A stretch of 64,000 bases of DNA. Source: Phoronis australis. Lineage: Eukaryota > Animalia > Phoronida. The number at the start of each line of letters is the position of its first letter. Within the stretch, counting starts at the first letter, position 1. Of the stretch, positions 28,001 to 39,364 are shown piece by piece. The notes under the pieces were generated by a model. It saw only the letters and a list, made by a program, of their open reading frames with translations. It made no database searches and was not told where the DNA came from. Both the position numbers and the translations under genes were made by a program. The stretch is from contig NMRA01000021.1 of NCBI GenBank assembly GCA_002633005.1, forward strand, positions 273,998-337,997, written 5' to 3'.

Positions 28001-29096
28001 AAATAGTGTCCAATCAGAAGTCATCTAATTCACACATGCGATACAGTCATACCAGCTTCCTGCACAGTGCGTCTCAGCATGACCTATTGTTTCAAGCTAA
28101 TAATTCTCTGTCTACTCTCTTCTTGAAATTATGAGCATGATTGTCATTTATCACAAATTCTCTGTTAATCAGTTTTTGCACTGCGTGCAACACTATCTGG
28201 TGATGAGGCAATAAAAAGTGACTGAAACTCCTAATATAATGTAGTCTTATCAGTTTTATTAGCGTTATATTTCACTTGATATTAAATCAAGGACGCATCA
28301 TCATTGAGAATGACCTCGTAAGCGGTTAATTCCCGAGCTTGTCCAAATATTTGTTTCACTGTCTAGGCTGTGTATTCACAATGAATTAGATCGGACAACC
28401 AATGTATGTTTGGCCTATAATTGAACCAGGAATAATGTGGGAATTATTTCAAGAAGGATCTAAATTCATAAATAGTCCAACTTTTTTAAACGTTTCGTAC
28501 GAATAAAGTTATACATTCTATTTAGGGCTTGATCAAAGTTTTGCTACCTGATTTTTTTCATTGCCAAATTCACCTTTCTTATTTATCATTCGTTTGTAAA
28601 GGACCACAGTGATCGTTGTTCATCAGATGAACTTAAAAGGTATTTTGAAAAAGTTCTTCATCCACGCCTTCTTCTGTTCTACACTTCTCTGCTATGATTG
28701 TTTTCTGAGTAATTCCGACCAACGAGCCTCATTATCAGTAGCCTGTGCCTGTATTTTTTCCCCAACTGTTTGCATAAGCTGCACATACTGTAACCACCAA
28801 CTTGTCAGTAGTCACTGAATTTTTCTTTGTAAAAGCCATCACCAGCTGCCCAATTTGGAGTGGCCTTGATCAACAGAACTGAGTGGTTGAGAGAATATTG
28901 CCATTGTTTGGCGTTTACAAATATCTATTGTTCTGCACCATTTCGTGTTGGCTAAGGACAGTAATTTTGGTATCAGATGTTGATATCGTAATAATGGCCG
29001 ATTGCCACTTATTCTTGTGTGAAGGGACTATTACTGGACTAAACAGTTGAAACAGCAAACCCAATCGACCAAAAAGACATTATATGATCCCTTTAA

Positions 29097-29576
29097 AGGG
29101 CCTTTCATACTAACATCGATGCATTCATGGTTTGGGGAGTTGCGATCAGTATGAACGCTTAACTCCGGTCCTGGATCGTAGTTAACATCTTCAGTTAACA
29201 TCGCAGTTAACGTCTGGATTTAATAGCACAGCGTCGACGCTGTGGTGCAGTATGAACGGTTAACTTCAGTCCATTTGAAGTTATCACCAGGTGCCACTGT
29301 TATCGTCAACAGTTACAAGGTAGTGCCATCACTAACAGCTGCTTATATTTTGCTCTAATAATAACCAATCAATTTAAAAATAAGTTTAATGTCATTCAGC
29401 ACATGTAAATGTTCCCAAATTGTCACATTGAAAAAAATCTTAGCATGCAGCGCTACCTTGACGACAGCGTCACCAACTGTTTACTTTCATGTTCATTAAC
29501 TACCGAAGCCAGTATGAACACGAACGGTCCAGTTAACTGCCGGTCCAGTTAACTGCGACGCAATATGAAAGGGCCT
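29097..29576. mobile_element. Non-autonomous DNA transposon (PIF/Harbinger/Tourist-like MITE), copy 1
   Basis: Terminal inverted repeats AGGGCCTTTCATA ... TATGAAAGGGCCT (12/13 match), 3-bp TAA target duplication, homologous along most of its length to 43634-44143, internal 16-bp tandem duplication at ~29525-29556. Confidence 0.85.
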
Positions 29577-32500
29577 TAAGAGTGATGCAGAGTAAGGATT
29601 TTTATAGTCTTGGTCAAGTTGCCATTTTTCTTTTTTTGTTTAAAGATCTGTCTTATTTTGTTTGCTAGTGGATGTTATGTACTGTTCAAATAATGTTAAC
29701 ATTCCAGTTTTGTGCTATATTGAGAAATATACCATGTATCTAAGCGTGCAAGTTTTGTGTGGATTTTAGTCTACATTGCAGTCACCAGTGTTTACAAAAC
29801 TTTTATTTATTGTAGTAGCTCTTAGCAAAGATTTCCTTTGTTTTTCTCCATTTTAAGTTTATTCCACTAAAATCCATGACACTGATTATTTACAACAAAT
29901 CCTTCTGTGAAAAGAAATACTCTAATGGCCTTGAACTGTGCTATGGTATTCTGTTGAGTTTGAGACAAGATAGTTCTATGCTTGTTCGTCTTGTTTAATT
30001 TTTGGTGGAAATTCATGATAACAATTCTAGGCAAAACTCGAATTGTTCATTCAGAAAGTGACACTCTAAAGGGGCTGCTTACTCATTATCATAAAAAAAT
30101 GTTCATAATTATTCACTTTCAAGCCTACATATATGTCTTGAGAGACCCCATGAGTGACACTGAGTGCACATACGGTTTTGTAAGAAAGCTGACATCTTGT
30201 GTTATAATACTCTTTTGGATGTATACACGCATAAAAAATTAAAATGTTGTAAACCTATTTGCTTATTCTTCTTGCATTAGAGGTGTACATTTCAACACCT
30301 AAAGGTTAGAATATTGTTTCACATAAATTAATCTTCAGGTGTTATAAATTTTTAAGGATTATACAGCTGGGAGAGGTTTCACAGTGATTTATGATTCCAG
30401 GTCTCGTGTCTTAGCAACTGCAAGTCCAGGGATTGAGATTTTTCACATTTCAAACTCTAAAAGATCTCTCCCGCAGATTTTTTTTTCCTGAAAGTTGACA
30501 TGGTTTTCTCAAAAATATCCAAATGATTTGTGTTTGTACTGTTTAAGGTATCCTGTTTTTTTTTTAATTGTTAAGAAAGGGAACAAGGCTTCCTTTATTA
30601 ATTAATTCTGTTGCCTGGTGATGGATTTTAGTGTAGAATGGTCTTGTGATTTATAGCTTTACTTGCCAGGAATTTCCACAGAAGGTTAATGGAAACTGAC
30701 ACTTGATGAATTCAGAGGATTCCCACTGGTTTGTTTGGAAATGGGTCTGCACATTTATTGGGTCATATTGTCACTTGAATACAATGTGTAAGGTTCAAGG
30801 AGAATATGTGAAAATTTTGCTATAAAAAGAAACTATATGTCTTAACCTTATCATGAGTGTCTAAATTTATTTTTTTTGAAATATCTGGATGGTCTTTTAC
30901 CCGAATGGGTCAATTGTGTGTAGAAAATACCTCTACCATTTTTTGCACACAGGTACGTGAGCCAAAAAAAAAACAATACACTCTCTTTCTGTAAAAAAGT
31001 GGGTACTTTAAAATGCGACTAATGGCACTGAGAGAAAATTGTTTGCTTTTTGGGAGCTAAAATTCGCAAGAGATGTGCGTTTACAAAGACACTGACATTT
31101 TATAAAATGTCTGTATTGTATGCATTAGTGGTGGGCGCTCATTTGAGTCAAGGTTTCCAAAAATGAAAATTTGTAAGTTTTGGGTTCGGGAAGTAAGCCA
31201 AATATTAGACATGTTTGCTGAATGGAAAGTTATTTTCTAGCATGCTTGAGTTATGCAGAATTTAACATGAAAACCAGAAGTGCAATGCCATGAAGTTGTA
31301 GCAGAAGCCATGTGTGCCTGAAAGTAATATGATAGTTGAAATTTTTAAACTAAAAGCACTTTGTTCCTTTTTTCTTATATTTTATTGGCGGTGCTGCTGT
31401 ATTGCAATGAATGAATATCTTTATTGCAGACTCTACAGTTGTCCATATACTGTACAAAAAAGGAATCATATGAAAAAAATTGAAACCAAAAGCTAAGACT
31501 ACTAGTAGAACTCCATGTAAACAGTGAAATGTGAATGCATCCTGAATGACTGAGCGAAAAAACAAGTCGGAATGGTTGATGGCAAAAATTCTCAAGGATA
31601 TAAATTTATCCATTATGAACTTTTGAGAAAGAAAAGGAAAAAGAGAGCTGGTGATGATGCTCTCCATAGTAATAGCATGTCCAAGGTGCAGTTATAAATT
31701 TCATTTTATTTGTTAGTCCTGCGTAATAAATGGAAACTCTCACAAACATTCGTAGTCTTCAAAAAATTTTTAATTTGTTGCCTGGGAAATGGTAAATTTT
31801 GGATAAATAGCAGGATGCTGGCTGTGACAAATATTTATATCCTGAACAATACAATCTAGCCCATTTGGGTGTTCTCCATAAGTCTTTTTAGGACCATTAA
31901 AGCTGGTTATTTATAAACTGAGAGCCAGGGGTGGCCATTGTTAGCTACATAATCAAACAAGTCCCTCAGCACTGACACAAATGCTGTGCATTAACTCTAC
32001 AATAAATCACCCATGTTGTAAACAATAAGTCGCATACAATCCATCTTCTGACATTGGTGTTAGGATAGTTTATATTGTCTTTAACCACTTGCACCCTGGC
32101 GGTTTTGCAGAACATTTATTATCAATGAATGGATGGTGGTCTTATTTTTTGCAAGCAATACCTGATTCACATGCTGGCTAAAACCCTAACAGTTGCTAAA
32201 GTGCTAGCTAGCGTTTTCACTAGCATTTTCTCACTACAACAAAAATGTCAGTAATGCAAACGGTTGTAAGGGTCACCTTTTCTGGAGATTTGCTGGAGGT
32301 TTGTGTTATCCCAAAACTACTGTTTTTTGTAGCCTAACTGTTTACTTCAAAGGAACCTCAAGTAACAGGTTGATAAATGACTTTTAGAAGATTTTAATGA
32401 TCGCTCTTCTAGTTAAGTTGAGCTCTACTTGTAATCTTGTGTTTTGGGATCATCTCACAAAGTTAAAAACATTTCTGTTTTACTCTGAAGTGTATTACTT

Positions 32501-33228
32501 GTTTACCTGTTTAAAATATGTGAAAGCCAGAGGTGCCACACTGTCTCAGGGTGATTCCTTAAAATACCATTTTTACCCATAGAAAGCCCATGAATCACCC
32601 AGTTATGTGATACTGTTGGGGTGTTAACTTTATCGAAAGCTGCACAAAATAACAATAGTTTAGAATGTGTTATGCTTTATTCAATCGTAATTTGACAATA
32701 ATTACAGGTGCCTCGTACCACAACAAAATACAATTGGTTGAGATTACTGAACTATTTTTGTTTCTCGTTCTGTGTATAATACCAGGCAGTAAAATATTTA
32801 AATAAAACATTTTTTAAAATTAATACATGATTTAAATGTGGGATATCATGAGGTGTGGTACTTGCTTGTGATACAGAAACTCTACAGACAACGTCCTGAT
32901 CTCAGTGACTGCATGTTGAAACTCATAGAGTTTTTGTTCTGTTGGTCAATCTGTGGTCAGCTCGCCTGCAGCCTTCATCTGTGAACTGTACAAATCAGGT
33001 TATTACCGACATTTTGAATTATCCTCAACTTAATCACAGAATAGTTCTAAAAGTGGTGCTGTTGTATTTCAGGATAATGCTATTACAGTTAACACATTGA
33101 CTTACAGAATTTTGCCCATGACCTTGTGGCCTAATTTCATATTTTTTGTTGCAGGATTCTCACATTGGGTTGCTCTTTTGAATTAATGGTTTGTCTTGTT
33201 TATTTACTTGTTTTGTATAATTTTGCAG

Positions 33229-33380
33229 GTGACGGTTTAGACAACAGTATCGGTTCAGGAGAAGGTACGGCCGATGAAGATATGGACGACAGAAGCTCAA
33301 AAGCCCGACAAAAGAAGCGTGGCATATTCCCAAAAGTAGCGACAAATATTATGAGGGCGTGGTTATTTCAGCATTTAACA
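33229..33380 (+). CDS. Meis: Meis exon: acidic linker plus homeodomain N-terminal arm and helix 1
   Basis: ttttgcAG acceptor and ACA|GTAAGT donor. Encodes (G)[50 protein letters not shown], the diagnostic Meis homeodomain start. Confidence 0.98.
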
Positions 33381-35731
33381 GTAAGTGGTTGTTGAGAATA
33401 TTCTCTGCACATGTATGCGGGTGTGTAGTGGGTGTATACACTGATGTCATTGGTGCTTTCAGGAATGAAAAGGTTTAATTCAAAGTCGAATGTCTAAAGT
33501 CAAAACTTGGAAATGTGCTTTTGCCATATTTTTTCATGTTGCAGAAGTTATGCTGACGTATAAGACAGAGCTAGTAAACACTTAAGACAAGAAGGCCTGC
33601 TATGTTATATATTTCAATATCCCAATATTCTAATTAAATGTGTTGCAGGAAACTGATTTGTATATATATTCTGAATTTTCTGACAAAACCTGCATGTGTG
33701 TCTGAGCGTTGTTCTATATAACTGTAAAATTTGATGTCCACGATTCATTTATTAAGTAAAATCTTAACTTTTGCTGTTATTGCCACTACACAGTGTTCAT
33801 AACATGAGACTTCATTTATCATCTCCCTAGGCTTGCTAATATATGTCCACCACAATAGATCATGTGACCTTCTCAGTGTCAGCCCATGGAAGTTCATGGT
33901 GGCGGCCATCTTGAATTTGTCATGTCTAACAGGCTGCAAAATAGCAGCTGTCATAAGTGACTGGTCTCTCCCTGAACAGTTTGTTTTCCTCTTGTCATCC
34001 CTTTGGCTACTCTGTAATTGATGCCAAGTTGTCGAGAGTAGAAAGTGATAGTGAGTAGGAGTGATTTGGGGTGATGGCTGTATTAGGTCATGTTTGGTAA
34101 TTAAATCCAGAGGACTTTTAAAACTTTGAGTTAGTGCTCTTCTTTTGACCTGGCAAAAAGTTGAATAAATCAGTGTGGAAGGCCATCAAAGCACCTCCAA
34201 GTTTTAATACGGCATTTCGGCCTTACATCTTTAGATTGTGTAACATGAGTGTGTATTAGAAGTCACTATTTTTGACCATGCCTGTAGGAAGTATAACGTA
34301 GTGCAATTAATATAGAAATTATGGCTGTAGCATAAGGTTTGCTTGTTTCAAGGTATTGCGGCTTCTGTGTTTAGTCGTATCAGGTTTGCTGAAACTGTTT
34401 CCAACTCTTAGCTGGATTTTGTTGTCTTTTCATTAAGTGTTGATGGAAATTGAATGGATAACATCAGACACTTTGAGTATTTCATTCCTGTATTCTCAAA
34501 ACAACAAATGGTTCAGGATAAGCTGATTTCGACAAAACCTTTTCATGAGCGTATCGATGATTCCCTGGCATTCTAATTCAACATAGTCTTTGGCCAAAAC
34601 TTTCTACAGAACAGAATTAAGTTTTAACTTGATTGAAATTTCTTTTGTTCATAGAGAAAGTGTTCAAATTCCAGTCAGTGAATAATTTTGCTAAAATTTG
34701 TTTTCATAGTAATCATTTTGGGTTTGTTTTGCACCAAATGAAGTGCTGTCTGCTATTGGAGAGACAAACTGACTTTGTAACAGATCTATGGCTGTTTGTG
34801 TCAGTGTTTGTTATGTATAATATTATTAAGTATTAATTAAATTGTGTAATCGCAGGGTCATTAATTTCTCTATAAAAGATTAATAGCGTACATGATTTGA
34901 TTTTGTTTGAATTATTAACATGTAGTGAGTATTGCGCAGTATTTTACTGGGGATGAAAAGACAAGTTTTCCTGTGAGTAGCTCATTAAAGGCCAAATTAA
35001 GTTTTATTACATAAGAAAAGTTTCTGTGTGCTGGGTTGAAATCCCTCATGTTCAATGTGGTATATTAACTCGTGAGTCATAGTGAATTGCCCAACATTTC
35101 AACTTTAATGAAAAAAGAGCTGAGGTTGATATTTTAATTTTCTATATTTTTCAGTATTAATTGTGTACATATTTTGAATGACATCTTTTAACTGAAGAAA
35201 ACTTTGCAGTCCTTAACACGGGTTGTGTGCCATACTTTTTTCTTAATGGTTTCTACTTACCAAACTCTTACTTAACATTACTACTGTGGGTTTCGTTAAA
35301 TCCTGTTTTAATTGGCTCCTAGCTGGTTTGCATTTTACTTATCTTTTTCCAACTGAACAGTTTCCTTCCCAGAAAGTTATGGGGAAACCTTTCTGACAGA
35401 GCTGTTGGAAACAGCCTTGCATTGTGGGAACCTTCTTGGATAATTGTCCATCAGACACTGGTGGAGCACAGCAACTGCTGTGTGCTTATTGGGCAGAGGA
35501 ATTGAGAGGGTATCTGATACCAGGTCCTTACCAATGCCTGGGGCGACCTCTGAGACAGCTTGTCTGGCCCAATGTTATGTTTGTGAATCGCAGACTAATC
35601 GGCCTGCAAAAGATACTCCTGGCCTACCCCACTGTCAAAAGCAATTTTTGTTAACCCTGTTTCTGGTGTTTGACGTTGATTGCTGCCCACTGTCAACCCA
35701 GTGAACTGCTGTTTGCCACAATAAACCTGCT

Positions 35732-35825
35732 GTTTGTCTTGTGTCACTGGTAGTGGGGGGATGCAATGAAGCTGGCCGTTTGTCTTGTGTCACTGGTAGT
35801 GGAGGGGAACGCAATGAAGTTGGCC
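35732..35825 (+). repeat. Tandem duplication, 2 x ~47 bp
   Basis: GTTTGTCTTGTGTCACTGGTAGTGG...GCAATGAAG[C/T]TGGCC occurs twice in tandem. Confidence 0.9.
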
Positions 35826-36171
35826 TTGGAACACCTAGCTCAGAATGAAAGTTCTGTCCTAGTGTTTTTTTGTTTTTTTTTTGTTTTTAGTGTGCATATA
35901 AACTCTCTATTAGATAGGTCATTTCAAAACTTTTATGGTTTAACTGAAAATAATTGTTTGGCCAACTGAGTTTTTTGTTCTGGATGCTGTAAAGGTGGTA
36001 CTTTATTTGAACAAATTGATATCTCATTTAGATTATATAAACAACAATAATTTTTTTAAAAGTTGACAATATTGAAAATCATCATGATTTCAGAGCAAAT
36101 GTTTTCAGCTTCTTTTCTAATGATTTATTTTGCATCTGGTTTTCTACTGTATTTGAGCTTTGGCTTCATTG

Positions 36172-36213
36172 AGTGGAGAAAACTGGTTCTCAAAATGTGC
36201 AGGGAGACCCCTG
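36172..36213. mobile_element. Fragment related to the 48894-48971 element
   Basis: AGTGGAGAAAACTGGTTCTCAAAATGTG...ACCCCTG is the reverse-complement homologue of CAGGGTGTC..ACGTTTTGAAAACCAATTTTCTCCACT. Confidence 0.55.
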
Positions 36214-37269
36214 TTAATGACTATTACCCTTTTTGTTATGATCTTGTCAATCTGTTGCTATCTTTGACCTTGTTGTGAACACTTACCACCAACAACAGTA
36301 CCAGAGCAAGCCGAGATGTTTTCTTTAGATTTGGCAAAGGATTGCAGCCTTAGCAAGAGTTATGAATGTCAAAATACAAGAGACCGCAGTGCCAGCACTT
36401 TTGGATTTTCAGCATAACTTTGGTGTAAAAACCTTGAATGACATGTGGGCTCTAGCAAGGGACAGGATGTTTATCCATATCAGTCTACAGTGCTTAGTTT
36501 ATTTTTCTTGCTGTTAACTAAACATAAGGGAAGCCTATATAGCATTATATTGTAATTTAGGAATTTAAAGTTTTAACTTTGTTTATTGACATAGTATACA
36601 CTTGTATTAGTGGTTATCGCAGTCAGAGTGTTGTTATGTCTGAATTGTACTAATTGAAACCAATTAATAATATTTTGTTAATGTTTTGAGTGTTGTTTAT
36701 TTATCCAGTCAGAAGTCTTGCACCTAAGGCAAGAAAATTAATGTCTTTTTTAAGATTCTTTAAAGCTAGTGTTAAGGAAGTAGCAAAGATTGCTGCTTGT
36801 CTATTGTTGTGGGAAACAGGAATAATTGAGTGGAAATCTCATGGAAATTGGATGCATATTGGAGCCGTGTATGAATGTTTTTCACAGCGCAGTTAATATA
36901 ATGATACTAAATATTAATAATTGACCATTCAGCAGGATGGTGAGCATGAACGTTCTAGGCGGCGTTCATTTCTAAGTTGTGAGTTTTGCAAGATGTTTTA
37001 TTGGGAGTGTCAAGATGTATTATAAAAGCACATGGTCTTCTCAGTTTCTTTCACTCACAAAAAACTTGTTTTGTTGAATGCAGTCTCTGCGTGCGTTAAG
37101 CTTAAAAGTGGCAATATTTAGTACTGTTTGTATTTTATAGTTGTGTTTTAGTCATGAATTTATCAGCATGTGTTTAGGTTGTTTGTGACATAATTTACAA
37201 CCTGCAAATGGCCAGTAAATAACTGTCAATGACTCCTTCAACTAGGTAGTCCCATGTAGTCATTCATGT

Positions 37270-37982
37270 CTGGTATCCCTCATCTCAGGGTAGAATAGTT
37301 CTATTTGACAAATGTTCATCACACCCTGTGTTTGTAGTCCTACAGTGTTCTTCTCACCCTGTGTGTGCTGGTTAGTCTTGTAATGACCCATCAATAACCC
37401 TAACAGGCTTGAAATGTGGTCACAAAGTGGTCCCTGGTTGATNTCGAAAATAGGTTTGGCATTTTCTACTCTACTTTTGGGCGAACTCAAGATAAGTGTC
37501 TATTATTCTATGCTCGAGTACACAATAACTTACGTAGATAATCTATTGCCCTTAGTTCACAGTTTGTAAACCCAATATTAAAGCAATAAGTTCGAGTTTG
37601 AACTCGGAATCTCGAGTTTTTACTCGAGTTTGTAGCACGAATAAAAGGGTCTTCAAGGGCAAACTTGAACTAGAAACTCCTATGCATAAACTATAATGTA
37701 TTCGAGCACAGTCTGATAACCAATTATTTTAAGTTTGCACAAAAGGAGCAGAGAAATTGCCAAAAATAGTTTCGAGTTTGTTTCGAGTACAAAGATTAGA
37801 GACCGGGCCCTGGTATCCCTCATCTCAGGGGAGAATAGTTCTATTTGACAAATGTTCATCACACCCTGTGTTTGTAGTCCTACAGTGTTCTTCTCACCCT
37901 GTGTGTGCTGGTTAGTCTTGTAATGACCCATCAATAACCCTAACAGGCTTGAAATGTGGTCACAAAGTGGTCCCTGGTTGAT
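37270..37982 (+). repeat. 173-bp direct duplication (37270-37442 and 37810-37982) around an N and a partial insertion
   Basis: The copies differ at one visible position (caggg-T-agaat vs caggg-G-agaat). The first copy ends exactly at the N at 37443. Confidence 0.93.
37444..37809. mobile_element. Truncated transposon/MITE end (terminus ...AAAGATTAGAGACCGGGCC followed by CTG)
   Basis: TCGA-rich segment absent from the first (empty) copy. It ends in GGGCC directly before the CTG that starts the duplicated flank; the other end is lost at the N. Confidence 0.6.
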
Positions 37983-39287
37983 GTGGTGATAACAGATTTT
38001 AAACAATTTGATGAACTGGGTGGTTGAAATGTGTTGAAGTTTAAAGTTTTGGTGAATTTTATTGAGTGGGCATTTTGGTCAAACAGGTATCACTGGAATA
38101 CGTAGAGAATTAAAAAACATGTGAAATAAAAATGACACCTGTTTTCTTGTGGAACTAAATGCGTATGATTTTTATTTTGTTGCACACCTTAACCTGAAAA
38201 TGTTTGGGATTGAACTGATTTCCAACCAACATCACGAAATCTGTGTAGGTTAAAAACCAAAAGTCTGTTTTCTTTGAAGCTTGTCTTGCCCATTATGAAA
38301 TGAAACCTTCCAGAATTATCACTGGGTATAGCATTGTTTACAGATTTCATTTGACCATAACTTTGATTAGTTTCTGGTGTTGTAAATGAAAAGACTGTGA
38401 TTACACTGAAATTATGGAGTAGGACTTTCTCTTGTGTCACTCCAGTCTGATTAATGTAAATTTCAGCCGCGATCAAACCAACATCTGACGGCAGTGATTA
38501 TAGTTCAAATTTAATCCTGTCCCATAGCTGTCAAAATGGGAGATAAATATTCCTGTCTAAGAGTCATCACTGTTATTGATGGTTGACATGAGTTTATTAG
38601 TGTTTTTTTTTCATGGGTTTTGATGATGATGCCCTGGAAATGGTTTTGACAATAAATGTCAATTTAAAGTGCTCTTGAGGAATTGAAAATGTTACGCTCA
38701 TGCTCTACAAATCACTGTTTTCTCAAAAAATTTTGTAGTGCGCTGTTCTAGACTGATAGCTGAAGAGTGTGTGGAGCGTGTACTATGCAAGTAATTCATA
38801 CTGGATGGAGAGCATTCAATATTGTCTTGTTCTTGTCAGTTGAAGTTTTTATTTCTAAAATGCACTTTTTTTATCAAAATTGTGCATTGCCTTGAACAAA
38901 TTCAGCTGCAGAACCAGCTACAGAAAATGTTGGATCAGTTTTTAGTCTGCAATTGTGTAAATCGCTTGAATTTTTTGTCTTCGTTGGATAACATTTTCAA
39001 TTTGGAACACAATATTGCGGCATATCAAAATTTCATTTTGACAAGGTTTTCAACAAAAATAAAGAATGAGAATATTTAGTGCCATTATTTTTACAGTTTG
39101 TACGGCTGTCATTCACTATTCCGAAAAATAGATTTAAATGACCATTCTAGCAATTCGCTTTGCTTGCATTTGAAAAAAACTTTACTGTGTTCCAGAATAC
39201 GAGAACCACTTCTAAGTACCAGATGGCCAATGAGATTTATTCTAGAGTATGAGAATTTTTACTTACTGTATATTTCTTGTCTTCCAG

Positions 39288-39364
39288 CATCCTTACCCTT
39301 CAGAAGATCAAAAGAAGCAACTGGCACAGGATACTGGTTTAACTATTTTACAAGTTAATAATTG
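39288..39364 (+). CDS. Meis: Meis exon: TALE loop, helix 2 and start of helix 3
   Basis: cttccAG acceptor and TG|GTAAGT donor. Encodes [25 protein letters not shown](W). 77 nt, ends phase 2. This reading frame is missing from the ORF track. Confidence 0.98.

Noticed and set aside
37260-38006. Two near-identical minus-strand ORFs suggesting a duplicated gene
   Set aside because: Explained by the 173-bp haplotype-type duplication; no protein similarity.
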